Source of the DNA: Eledone cirrhosa
Lineage: Eukaryota
DNA length: 64,000 nt
Assembly: GCA_964016885.1 (NCBI GenBank)
Contig: OZ024745.1
Coordinates: 66,650,001-66,714,000 of the forward strand
Reading direction: 5' to 3'
This document shows positions 14,912 to 27,840 of the stretch, piece by piece. Position 1 is the first letter of the stretch, and each line of letters starts with the position of its first letter. The notes beneath the pieces were generated by a model that made no database searches, was not told the DNA's origin, and was given only the letters and a program-made list of their open reading frames with translations. Both the position numbers and the translations under genes were made by a program.

Positions 14912-15383
14912 GAAAATTTAAGTAAGTAAGTAAAAAAATTTTTTAAAATTTTTTTAAAAGATATTTTCTTATTTTACGTCTTTTATATTATTGTTCTGCA
15001 CCCTCCTGCATTGAACCACCTAGGTACTATGACATAGCCTGTGTATTTGCTGGCATGGACGTACATCTGTGCGCCTATGTTAGTTGATATATTAAATTAT
15101 CTATATTTATCTCCAAATCACTGATTTGTCGAGCAAACCTGCCAAAACCACTTCAAAATTTTTTTTGGGGTGTTAGTAGGCGTCAGTCATCTTACCATCC
15201 CATTCCTTCTAACTGGCCTCTATGTCACGTGATTGATTCTTTAGAATCGGCCATTTGACTGGAAGCAGTGAGAATTTCAGTACATAGAATCCAGTCCTCG
15301 CCTAGCTGTTCTTTCTACCGAATTATTATTTTTATATGAGCCGCCAGTGTCCGCGCATTGCCTGGAGGCTCAGCTGAGAATAG

Positions 15384-15465
15384 ACTCCCTGATGACGCAA
15401 TGAATTCTCGACAGTTGGATTATGTAACTGTCTTTATCCCATTGCAGAAACTAATTAGTTGGAGT
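15384..15465 (+). ncRNA. Type I hammerhead ribozyme (family B)
   Basis: ACTCC CTGATGA C GCAATG...CATTGC A GAAA CTAATTAG TT GGAGT; inner stem GACAGTT/AACTGTC. Confidence 0.85.
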
Positions 15466-15532
15466 GAAAATTTAAGTAAATAAGTAAAAAATTTTTTTAA
15501 AATTTTTTTAAAAGATATTTTCTTATTTTACG

Positions 15533-15600
<68 letters not shown>

Positions 15601-18600
15601 TTCTTTAGGTTTGTTGGTTCACCACTGGATAGAATTGGTCATTCTGTATGGTCAATCTTGGTGTAATATTGTGGAGAGTACTCAACGTAGTGCAGTTCAA
15701 CCGTCTTCGTGTGTGCAGCTGGTGTTGCGAATACGGAGTTAATTATAAATAAGAGACAGAGACAAAGAGGACGACTGACCAGCCAGCTGCTTTCACCTCG
15801 GCCAGTCGCCCTCAAAGTGACGGCAACTCAAACTACTAATGACCATCTGTTGAGGGGGCGAAGGCTTATAATGCACTACCACCTCTCCGTCAAAGAAAAA
15901 GGGGAAGAAAGAAAGGAAGAAAGAAGAAAAGAGGAAGAAAGAAGTCAGCGTAAGGGTCACACTACAGTCATGCTAGAAAACGCCGCGAAAAATGCTACTC
16001 CAAAGAATCTATATTTAACAAAGGCATATATAATTGTTTCTACTTTAGGCACAAGGCCAGCAATTACCCAGTGCATTACTGATACTTTTATTTTATCGAC
16101 CCCGTCAGGATGAAAGGCAAAGTCAACCTCGGCGGGATTTGAACTCAGATCGTAAAGGGACGTCCGACCCTCTACCGATACTGCCAATCCACCGCCCTTA
16201 CAAAGGCATATATAATGGGGGTCTGTATGGTCTAATATGTGAACCGAATATTGGAACGTTAAACTTATGGTCGAGTTATAGGATGAAATTAAATTAAAAA
16301 ATATTAAATGGCAAAATGATAAATTGAAAAATAATTTATTAGAAAATTAAAAAATTAAAGGTTAAGGTAGCGAGATTTATATAATGAACTTACAGAGAGA
16401 GTCTTATATTAAAAAGTTAATCCCGATTAGATATCAGGTTGGGATATAGAGTAAAGATTTCGATTGTGAACCCCATCCAGCACCTCCTAACCACTAGTCA
16501 GCCAGTTACGAGTGGTATCGTCCAGCGAAAGAAATGGAAATTAATATTTCCGAGTACTCTAGGAACGTAGCTACCTTAGGCCCCAGGAATGCTAGCGGGA
16601 AGTCTGCAAGTTCGACAGGCCATCGCCTATACCAAACGTATATTATTAATTCACACATGAGGGGTTTATTTACGTGCCAGTAGAGGCATGATACAGTTAA
16701 CAGTTATACCTAAGCCTGGAGTTTATAGGTATAAGTATAATATGGCGGCCAAAACAGGCGGCGCGGTGGGACCGGGGCAAAGCAACCCGCTCCGAGTAAT
16801 TTCGTTTACCGAAAGAGGGAAATTTATTTTTCGTTTAGCGAAAAGGGCAAATTTATTTTTCCAAGCATTCAAGGAAGGCTGAACTTTCCGAGTGCCCAGT
16901 GCGCAGCCGGGAAAAGCCACCACATAAGTCGAAGGTAGCAACCCAATGAAAAGTGCAAATAGACCATAATTATTTTAAAGTCCCAGTTAGTCCGGGTTAT
17001 AAGTAGTGTGGTTCTTTGGTGGGTAGGGGTTATGAAAGGTGCATAATGACCTGAGTAAGGAAAGTTAGAAAAAAAAATAAAAGCAGGATACAAAGACAAA
17101 ATACAAAGATAAAGATAAAATACAAAGATAAAGAATACATTGATAAAAATACATTAATAAATTAATAAAAAATTAATAAAAAATTAATAAAAGTAAATAA
17201 CTAGGGATGTAGTAAGACGGAAGTATATAAGAACGTATCGGAGGAATCACAGTAAAGGGGAAATACAATATAGATCAAGTTGTAGTAAGATAATACAGGT
17301 TGTACATATAGATATAGAGGATGGATGAGATGGAATGGTAACAGGTGGTACCTAGTGTAAAGTTCGGGTCTCCGAATTCAGTGTGAGTCACAAAAAAGTC
17401 CTGAGGTATAGAGTAGAGAAATCAGTCAATACAATACATGTTTTAGTATGATACGTAGAGTCTTGTCGGAATCCGAATCTTCCCGACAAGGAAGCAGTAT
17501 CGGGTGGGTCGTAGATAAAGCACAGAGCAGCCAAAATCCGAATGGTAAGTAGATCAGTTAATCCCATGCTGGCAATAGCTGTACACTGAAGTCAGTGCCG
17601 CTGTTCAATATTACATTTGGAAGTGCTCAACATTATTGGAGCATTATTTCTTTAGGTTTGTTGGTTCACCACTGGATAGAATTGGTCATTTCGTATGGTC
17701 AATCTTGGTGTAATATTGTGGAGAGTACTCAACGTAGTGCAGTTCAAGCGTCTTCGTGTGTGCAGTTGGTGTTGCGAATACGGAGTTAATTATAAATAAA
17801 ATAACAGGAGGCCGGACTGGTGTAAATCCTAGAAAGGTTTATTATAATATAATCATTTCAATGACCGGGTTCCATATGAATCCGGTGATATAATCAAGTA
17901 TGGAACATAACAAAAGAATATGTAAAAAACCATGGGTCCGAAAAGTCAAAGACAGAGACAAAGAGGACGACTGACTAGCTAGCTGCTTTCACCTCGGCCA
18001 GTCGCCCTCAAAGTGATGGCAACTCAAACTACTAATAACCATCTGGTGAGGGGGCCAAGGCTTATAATGCACTACCATCTCTCCGTCAAAGAAAAAGGGG
18101 ATGAAAGAAAGGAGGAAAGAAGTCAGCGTAAGGGTCACACTACAGTCATGCTAGAAAACGCCGCGAAAATGCTACTCCAAAGAATCTATATTTAACATAT
18201 CCCATCCTGATATCTGATCGAGATTAACTTTTTCATATAAGACTCTCTCTGTAAGTTCATTATATAAATCTCGCTACCTTAACCTTTAATTTTTTAATTT
18301 TCTAATAATTTACTTTTCAATGTATCATTTTGCCATTTAATATTTTTTAATTTAATTTCATCCTATAACTCGTAACAAGTTTAACGATCCAATTTTCGGT
18401 TCACACATTAGACCATACAGACACCCATTATATATGACTTTGTTAACTTTGCCTTTCATCCTTACAGGGTCGATAAAATAAAGTACCAGTAATGCACTGA
18501 GTATTTGCTGGCATTGTGCCAAAAGTAGAAACAATTATATATGCCTTTGTTAAATATAGATTCTTTGGAGTAGCATTTTTCGCGGCGTTTTCTAGCATGA

Positions 18601-18965
18601 CTGTAGTGTGACCCTTACGCTGACTTCTTTCTTCCTCTTTTCTTCTTTCTTCCTTTCTTTCTTTCTTCCCCTTTTTCTTTGACGGAGAGGTGGTAGTGCA
18701 TTATAAGCCTTCGCCCCCTCAACAGATGGTCATTAGTAATTTGAGTTGCCATCACTTTGAGGGCGACTGGCCGAGGTGAAAGCAGCTAGTTGGTCAGTCG
18801 TTCTCTTTATCTCTGTCGCTGATTTTTCGGACCCATGGTTCTTTACATATTCCTTTGTTATGTTCCAATACCTAATGATATCACCGGATTCATATGGAAC
18901 CCGGTCATTGAAATGATCATAGTATGATAAACCTTTCAAGGATTTACACCAGTCCAGCCTCCTGT

Positions 18966-18972
<7 letters not shown>
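15601..18972. mobile_element. Family A non-autonomous PLE-type element: tandem repeat (period 2047) plus terminal inversion
   Basis: 15601-16020 repeats at 17648-18196; 18197-18972 is an inverted copy; no RT ORF; degenerate HHRs at about 17843-17900 (-) and 18868-18925 (+, CTAATGA core); (TA)n flanks. Confidence 0.8.
16035..16199 (-). mobile_element. SINE nested in family A element, 17-bp TSD
   Basis: TSD ACAAAGGCATATATAAT at 16018-16034 and 16200-16216; partial counterpart at 18443-18535 in the inverted arm. Confidence 0.85.
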
Positions 18973-19063
<91 letters not shown>

Positions 19064-19120
19064 ATATATAAAGAATGAATAATAACAGGTAGACATCATA
19101 AAAAGGTAATTTATTCCGAG

Positions 19121-19243
19121 TGCTTACAAATGTTTCAGTAGTAGTTATACAGCCCAGTCATGCTATGTACAATTGATAATTAATAAATATTTGATTGCAG
19201 AAACGTAATTTTCAAATGCTGCGACTACCATTTCCTCAGAGCA
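19121..19243 (-). ncRNA. Hammerhead ribozyme with long stem II domain (PLE left end)
   Basis: TGCT CTGAGGA AATGGTAGT...ACTACTACT GAAA CATTTG TA AGCA. Confidence 0.7.
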
Positions 19244-19699
19244 GAATGGTTAAAATGTAAATACCCTTGTATTTCTTAAAGGAAGTTATTAGAGAAGATA
19301 GAGTAGAAAGGAAGATAGAAAGAATGGGAGAGGGGGAGAGAGAGAGAGAGAGAGAGGGAGAAAGAGAGAGAGATGTAGGGGTTGGAGAAGTGGGAGAGAG
19401 TGGTTTGATGAATACAGATAGCTTAATCAAAATGTTGTGGTAGGGGTTTTAATTTACTGTTTATTCTCAAGGTGACAGCCCTTAGGCATTGTGTTGATGT
19501 GGTCAAGATTGGGATTATTTATTGCCACAGAGAGCAGGTTCATAGATGTGGAGAGGGAGTCTGGTAGACTGAGGCTGAGAAATATATAGATATAGATATA
19601 TATAGAGAGAGGGAGGGAGAGAGAGCGGGGGGGGGGAGAAAGAGAGAGATAGAGAGCAGTCTCGGGTTCAAATGTTAAGTTATTTTATAGTGAGAGAAT

Positions 19700-21980
19700 T
19701 CAGCCTTCAGTTTGTGGTTGCAGTATAACGATCGTACGATTCTGTTATTTAGTAATTTGTTTTGGGATTTTAAGATATAAAAGAGTTCAAGGTTGCATAA
19801 TCAGCAGTACTTCAATCCACTCCGACATGCACTAGCGCTGCATAGTTTATCCCATTTCAAGGTAAACTGCCGGTTGCATTCTCGGAGATGCCAGGTCTTA
19901 TTGGCGAGCGTAGTCACAAGACGCTGTTTAGGATGCTTAATCGAAAATCGATGACGGTACCAGCGAGATTTAAAGGAGGTAGTACTAGACCCGATTTTTG
20001 GTCGTTAGATTCAACGGTGCATCGATAAACAATGTTGGACTCTAGGCATTTGTTCTTCAATTGGCATCTTTAGGGTAGGTGGCAGTTGCAATGTTTGTTG
20101 TGAGTAGCAAGTATACCATGGATAGGTTGGGATAACAGTTTAGGCGGGTTGTGTAATACCCGCCTCCCATTTGGTGGTTGGGAGGCCGATATTACGTTAT
20201 GCTCATCTGTTACTAAAATATTTTGTTTTGTAGTGTTGTTTAATAATTGCTTTAATTTAAGTTTTTTTTATGTATGCTTCAAGGTTTGGTGCGGTGGAGT
20301 ATGATAGCTTAATAGTCTTGGAGTTTAGAATCTTACTGTATTTATGGGAACTAGGGAAATGCTTGTTAATTAACTTAAAGAATGAAGGAGATAGTTTTGT
20401 ACTAATCGAAGCATTAAAATGGGGTTATACCAGATATACTTTCTACAACGTGATTTATTTGGTGATGATTTTCTATTAGTATGTATGGTGGTACTGTATA
20501 TGAACGTTTGTTTTTCGGTACCCCGGTTATATATTCTTTGATTGCGTGTGCATCTATGTGTTTTATGGAGATTCTTATCAATGTATTCTATTTCATCCCG
20601 CTGGTCAGCATTCCCCAGTGCGTTATTATAGTATTCTACATGTTCACTGAAAATCTCAAAGTTAGACGATAGACGAGAGATTCTGGGAGAAATACTACTT
20701 GGAATCGATTTGATCATGGAAAGTGGGTGATTCGAATTAACATTAATATAGGTAATGATCTCATTTATCTTGTGTATCCGTCCAGTATTTAAATTAAGAG
20801 TTACGTCTAGAAAATTTACTACTTTAAGATTGTATTCGTACGTTATTTTTAGACCCAGTTCACTAAAAGAATTTCTAATGTTTTTCCGTAGCCTTTCAAG
20901 ATTTTGGTTAAGTTATTAACTAATAGAAGCGCGTCATCTCTATATATTCCCCCCTGTAGATTACTAAATTTTCCATGTAGTATGTGGGCTATATAAATTC
21001 CCACAAGATCCGTGACCTCCGCTGAGTTGTTAGAGCCCATGGTGATGTCGAAGTTTGTGGGTCTGTCCCTACGTTCCCAGTAGCAGTTATCAAACTTGAT
21101 AATAGTTTTCCTAGCCTCTAGAATAATATTAATTTCGTCCTCCGTTAGGTCGGAATTGACTTTGGCAAACGATAGGGCCTTACGTAAAGTACTGGGTGAG
21201 ATTGAAGAGTAGTATTCGTCAATGTCGAATTGTATAAACTTAGACATACTCTTGTTCTTAACGTTATTAAACCAGCGAATTGCTTCGCTAGTTTTGCCCC
21301 ATCATTCAATTTCTATTTTCTTTTTCAATTGAGTTATTACCCTGTCAAGTATATGTTTGCTAATTTTTCCTATGTCTGATGTAGAAGGGCATATAAGTCT
21401 AATCTTACGGTTAGAGTCAAAATTTATCTTATGATCCTGCAGGTTAAAGGTAGGGGTTGCGAGTATAATCGGCTCGGTTCTATCGTCTATCTTGAGATTC
21501 TTCACTACTTTGTATGCTTCGTTGTTAATGCTCGTTAGTGTAGTTTCACTCGTTTTTCTATATTTCTTATGTAGTTCTTTGCGTATGAAGCTGTTGTATG
21601 TATCGATATCCATGGTATACACGTTAGAGGTCTTATCAGCTTTCACAACAATCCCATTAGTATTTTGCAAGTCTTTGGAGTAGTGCTTTCATGTTGTTCT
21701 GCAGCTCATTACATCTATGTTTAGTAAACTTGATATTCATGGTCATATTCATTAAGTCCTGTTCAAAAGCATCGAGAGGGGGGTTTGTGGGTGGGCTTTT
21801 ACATGATTTACAGCCATATGATTCATTGATAGATTCAGACGGGTGACTAGCGTGTCCCTTATCGAAATGGAAAGCTTTCCATCGTACACGCCGAATAAAG
21901 TCATTATTGCGTTGTAGTTGTATCATACCAAGAAGGTATTCCCTTTTGTTAGGTATAGGTATGTTTTTAAGTGACATACC
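19700..21980 (-). pseudogene. PLE RT + C-terminal GIY-YIG-type endonuclease, disrupted
   Basis: SLKNIPIP...FIRRVRWKAFHF, KADKTSNVY, FIQFDIDEYYSSI, DITMGS..SAEVTDLVG, GIYRDDAL, IWYNP, CNC...C...NIVY, IGSSTTSFKSRW..H. Possibly Hydra clade (not tested). Confidence 0.88.
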
Positions 21981-21989
21981 TATATGATT

Positions 21990-22860
21990 GATGAGAATCT
22001 CCATAACACACACAATCAAAGAATATATAACCGGGGTACCGAAAAACAAACGTTCATATACAGTACCACCATACATACTAATAGAAAATCATCACCAAAT
22101 ATATCACGTTGTAGAAAGTATATCTGGTATAACCCCATTTTTAATGCTTCGATTAGTACAAAACTATCTCTTTCATTCTTTAAGTTAATTAACAAGCATT
22201 TCCCTAGTTCCCATAAATACAGTAAGATTCTAAACTCCAAGACTATTAAGCTATCATACTCCACCGGACCAAACCTTGAAGCATACATAAAAAAACTTAA
22301 CTTAAAGCAATTATTAAACAACACTACAAAACAAAATATTTTAGTAACAGATGAGCATAACGTAATATCGGCCTCCCAACCACCAAATGGGAGGCGGGTA
22401 TTACACAACCCGCCTAAACTGTTACCTAACCTATCCATGGTATACCTGCTACTCACAACAAAAACTGCAACTGCCACCTACCCGAAAGATGCCCATTGAA
22501 GAACAAATGCCTAGAGTCCAACATTGTTTATCAATGTACGATTGAATCGAACGACTAGAAATCGGGTCTAGTACTACCTCCTTTAAATCTCGCTGGTATC
22601 GTCATCGATTCTCGATTAAGCATCCTAAACACCGTCTTGTGACTACGCTCGCCAATAAGACCTGGCATCTCCGAGAATGCAACCGGCAGTTTACCTTGAA
22701 ATGGGATAAACTATCCAGCGCTAGTGCATATCGGAGTGGATTGAAGTACTGCTGATTATGCAACCTTGAACTCTTTTATATCTTAAAATCAAAAAACAAA
22801 TTACTAAATAACAGAATCGAACTATCGTTATACTGCAACCACAAACTGAAGGCTGAATTC
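21990..22860 (+). pseudogene. Inverted duplicate of PLE thumb/endonuclease region
   Basis: Near-identical reverse complement of about 19690-20580 (RKYIWYNPIFN, TIKLSYST.PNL). Confidence 0.85.
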
Positions 22861-23479
22861 TCTCACTATAAAATAACTTAACATTTGAACCCGAGATTTC
22901 AACATCGCTTTCTCGCTAACTAATTCTTCTCAATAACTACTTCCTAACTATATCCCTCACCCCAACACTACAAGCCAATACCTTGCTTATCATTATAAAT
23001 GGGTACTTGTGTGCGATTTGCAGACTACAACTATGAACTCGATGTATCCCCCATCTCGTAGCCTTCGTCTGTCTCCTCTCTATCTCTCTTTCTTTCTCTC
23101 TCTCTCTTCCCTTCTCTCTCTCTCTCCCCTCTCTCTCTCTCATATCTATTTATCTATCTATCTATCTCTCTCCCTCGGTCTACCAGACTCCCTCTCCACA
23201 TCTATGAACCTGCTCTCTGTGGCAATACATAATCCCAATCTTGACCACATCAACACGATGCCTAAGGGCTGCCCCCTTGAGAATAAACAGCAAAATAAAC
23301 CCCTACCACAACATTTTGATTAAGCTATCTGTATTCTTCAAACCACTCTCTCCCACTTCTCCAACCCCTACATCTCTCTCTCTCCCTCCCCCTCTCCCCT
23401 TATTTCTCTCTTCCTTTCTACTATATCTTCTCTAATAACTTTCTTTAAGAAATACAAGGGTATTTACATTTAACCATTC

Positions 23480-23602
23480 TGCTCTGAGGAAATGGTAGTC
23501 GCAGCATCTGAAAATTGAGTTTCTGCAATCAAATATTTATTAATTATCAATCGTACATAGCATGACTAGGCTGTATAACTACTGTTGAAACAATTGTAAG
23601 CA
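23480..23602 (+). ncRNA. Hammerhead ribozyme with 96-nt stem II domain (PLE right end)
   Basis: TGCT CTGAGGA AATGGTAGT...ACTACTGTT GAAA CAATTG TA AGCA, followed by AATAAA. Confidence 0.8.
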
Positions 23603-23824
23603 CTCGGAATAAATTACTTTTTTATGATGTCTACCTGTTATTATTCATTCTTTATCTACACTCCGGAATACAGAAGGATCAGAAACTGAATTTGTCCGAC
23701 TATCCTTCCATAACTCGTTGAGTAACCCCTCACCGTACGTCAACTCTATCTAGTGTAGTAATTAAGCATTACTGCATTCAGGATAAACCTAAGCACTTCT
23801 TGCATAACCTAATATATATATATA

Positions 23825-23916
<92 letters not shown>

Positions 23917-24798
23917 TGTGTATGTGTGACTGCCCCTGTGTATGTGTATTTGTGTGTGTATATATATATATGTATATATGTATATTTAAATGTTTGTATT
24001 TTATCTTCTTCGTGACTCTGCCATCTCTACATAACCAAATGTACAGAAGTATATCATTCAGTGACGTGGTGATCACTTCACTTTATTTTGCTTAAAACTC
24101 AGGATAGTGGGTAACGGCACGTCCGGTTTTGAAACAACCTTTTGTTAAATTCTAAGTAACGGTATAGCAGGTATCAAATAATGTTTCTATACATCATTGA
24201 TAATGTTTTGTGTGGTATTAAAATAACATTCCTTCAAATCACTTTACGTGGTCATAATATGACCGAACGATGTCCTGGTTGCCTCTTTTATTTGCCAATA
24301 TAACCAATAAGATATTAGCTAATACTGCATATTGTATTTCCTCACCATATAAAATTCTTGTTCAAATTCCAATGCTGAGCTATTACATACGTTCACACTT
24401 CCATAGCGACTTCTTTCCACGTGGATAAGGTAAAGGTTACATTAAATTAGAAGGAACAAGATTAGACAAGACACCAATTACAGTCATTCATATACAATAG
24501 AAATCCATGAATTAACGAGTGAGATTTGACATAGAACTCAGGTAATTCTTCCACAAATTGCACCCGACTTGCTGAAACTAAGAACGACGCATTTGATAAT
24601 ACATTCCTCGTAACACTGTGCCTAGAAAATACGATATTATCGATATGACTGGAAGAAGGCATTTGATTGTACATCTACTTTAGTTGAGCCGCATCAAGGT
24701 GGTAACAGACACATATACATGTGTGTGCACGGATGAATGAATAACAGAAATAAAGAATAAAAGTTAAAATAAACGAGAAGAAGAATCAGGAAGTTGCA

Positions 24799-24879
<81 letters not shown>

Positions 24880-25357
24880 TGGGTGAATAAAAGAGACCGG
24901 CTAATTCCCCTCGCAGCAGTTCATTCGGATATGAAATGTGTAAAGTATATTGGTTGTATAAAGATTATGTATTACTTCGGAGAGTCCTAAATTATTTTAT
25001 ACGGAGTATATTGATTGGGACATAAATTTCTCTAAAATTTATTTAAAGAACCTATGATAGAGAAAGTACTGAAAATGGAAATGATAATTTGTTTTGTTAC
25101 AAATGAAGACTAGATTAATGAAACAAATATCTATTTCGTGTTACATGTAGTCATCAATTATCTTAATTAGCTTATTGCCTCAATATTTATTTTAGTTGTG
25201 ATTCTAATGAAGATTATGGTAAACTATACTAAAATACATATGGTTACACAAATGACAGTAATTTTAGAAACATTATAATTTGCTATTTTTACGTAATGAG
25301 ATATATTTTATATATATATATATATGTGTGTGTGTGTGCGTATGTATATATATATGA

Positions 25358-25417
<60 letters not shown>

Positions 25418-25463
25418 ATAAATATATGTATATATATATATATACATATAATTATATATATGT

Positions 25464-25496
<33 letters not shown>

Positions 25497-26503
25497 CATG
25501 TATGTATATATGTATATATATATATAGTTCAATTACGCTTATTTCAATTGTTTTATTGTAGACTTTCTTATCATTCATTAAGATTTAATGTGAATATAAT
25601 TAGATAAATGATAATCATTGAATCATTCAGAGACAAAATTAGTGATCTGGGATTTAAACGACAACTAACGATGTGGGATTTATTCTGAGATCTGAATATT
25701 TTATTATGCTTTAAAAATATTTAATAAATAAACAAAGATTCTAAAACTCTGATATTCGAAGACTAGCGTATATTAAACTTTGAATAGAAATTCTCTTTAT
25801 TCACTCGATAACCATTCTTTGGCACATTCAAAAGCAATCATAGAAAATATTTTGAAAATACAAGAAATGATGTGACGTTTACAATTTGCAGAAATGATAC
25901 TTTATAAAACTTTTCTTTCAATATGTTACATTCAGATATCTGTTTGATGAAATGAAATAATGTTTTATCAAATGGATGTTGTTGTTTTTTAAAGATAATA
26001 ATGGAAGATATAGAGAGACGGCGTCTATCTTAATGGCGCATTATAGAACACTAAAATATTTGACAGCAGTTTCTGAATTTGCACAAGAAGTTTTGATTCC
26101 ACTTATCCCCATAATAATAAAGATGGACATTTTGTTTTCAAAAGAAGATAGAAGGTGAAAAAGAAGACAGAATTAGACATTAGAATGAGAGTTTTGAGAA
26201 GAAATGTTATTTAAATAAAGATAATTTAGATATGAGAAATATCATATATATATATACATATATATATACAGTGGCGGACTGGGCCTAAAAATGTTGGTTG
26301 CCAGGAGATGAAGGGGGCCCACCTACATATAGAATGCTATCATTTAATTTTTTTTTTAAATACATAATTTTTAAAAAATACATAAGTCGAAACAAAACTG
26401 CAATCAGATTTTTGCTGGAAAATATCTTACCTTTTCTAATAAAAATTATTATAGATTTTGCGAAATCAAATTCAATTAATTCAACAGTTAGACACACATA
26501 GGA

Positions 26504-26694
26504 ATAATTGTTTCTACTTTAGGCACAATGCCAGCAATTACCCAGAGCATTACTGGTACTTTATTTTATCGACCCCGTAAGCATGAAAGACAAAGTCAAC
26601 CTCGGCGAGATTTGAACTCAGATTGTAAAGTGACGTAACTATGCTGGAAAGCTTGGCGTCCGACCCTCTACTGATATTGCCAATCCACCGCTCT
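26504..26694 (-). mobile_element. SINE with 8-bp TSD
   Basis: Same family as 7370; ACATAGGA on both sides. Confidence 0.85.
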
Positions 26695-26954
26695 ACATAG
26701 GAGCCAGAAGATTGACAAGACGACAATATGATTAATAGCTCTAGGAAAGCCATGAACGACACCACAACTTTTTAACTTTGATTTTGAAATAGGTTTATAA
26801 TTATTAATTTTCATTATACTTTTGTAGCTGGCTAGGTGGTCTAGTTGTAGGAATCATGGACAGTGGTGATCCTGGTCGGGAGTATGGTTCCCGGTAAACC
26901 TTTTCAGTTTTTTTTTTTTCCATGGGATGTAAAATAAAAACTGAAAAAGATTGC

Positions 26955-27037
26955 ATGCACCTCTCGACCAGGATTGAACCCAAGACCAGCATCTCCAACG
27001 TCTATAGTAACTACCGCTAGTCCACTGAGACAGCTAG
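26955..27037 (-). other. tRNA-like Pol III head (pseudo-tRNA or SINE head)
   Basis: Minus strand has CTCAGTGG (A-box-like) and GGTTCAATCC (B box), then T runs; no convincing cloverleaf. Confidence 0.4.
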
Positions 27038-27315
27038 AAAAACCTGCTGAAAATTCATACATATAAACGTACTTTCAAAATTTTCAACACAAAATGATGT
27101 GGTGTCATTCATGTCTTTCTTAATGTTATTGCTCCTACTTAAGGTCGACTTCTAAATCATTTGGGTGTTCCATAAACTACATCCTCGTTTTGTTTCTCAT
27201 CTATCTAGACTATATTTTAAGCTGTAATTCATGTTTCCTTTCCGTTGCACCTCATTTCTTACCCGCCACCCCACCCCACCAAACTTGCATGTCAGATTCA
27301 AACTCACAATGATTG

Positions 27316-27375
<60 letters not shown>

Positions 27376-27490
27376 GCCAATCATTGTAAGTTTATATATA
27401 TATGTGTTCGTGTGTGTGTATGTTTACACATATATGCATATGTATATATATATATGTGTGTATGTGTATATATATATATATACATACACA

Positions 27491-27523
<33 letters not shown>

Positions 27524-27529
<6 letters not shown>

Positions 27530-27840
27530 GGAAAAAATGAAATTTCATTTCTCACTCTTAGTACGGCTGATACTTAAATATAAGTATGTATATGTACATA
27601 CATATATGTATGTACGTATACATACTTATATTTAAGTATCAGCCGTACTAAGAGTGAGAAATGAAATTTCATTTTTTCCATTTATCGATTTTGGTACGCC
27701 CGGCCGACTAACTCACTTGATATGCAAATTAGGCTGCTCGGCCGGTAATATGCATAAGGAAAGTTAATACTTTCAAACGTTCAATCATCTGACAGGAAGG
27801 TATACGGTGCTGGTGATAGCTAATAAGCTTGAAACTAGTT
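27524..27840 (+). mobile_element. Family C fragment: 5' foldback, ending in an HHR cut at its cleavage site
   Basis: Inverted repeat about 27524-27684; ACGGTG CTGGTGA TAGCT AATA AGCTT GAAA CTAG T at 27804-27839; overlaps sequences at 11551-11655 and 46703-47005. Confidence 0.7.

Larger units (their letters stand above)
14832..15540 (+). mobile_element. Retrozyme-like element, family B: 1.3 tandem units of a 554-nt monomer with two HHRs
   Basis: Direct repeat 14832-14987 / 15386-15541; (TA)n on both sides; second copy at 37064-37815 (-). Confidence 0.85.
19070..23812 (-). mobile_element. Penelope-like retroelement with large inverted duplication of its 3' part
   Basis: Minus-strand body 19070-21985; inverted copy of about 19070-20580 at about 21990-23655, then a tail to (TA)n; HHRs at both ends. 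Confidence 0.9.

Noticed and set aside
27722-27729. Octamer ATGCAAAT in family C
   Set aside because: Single 8-mer in AT-rich DNA, expected by chance.
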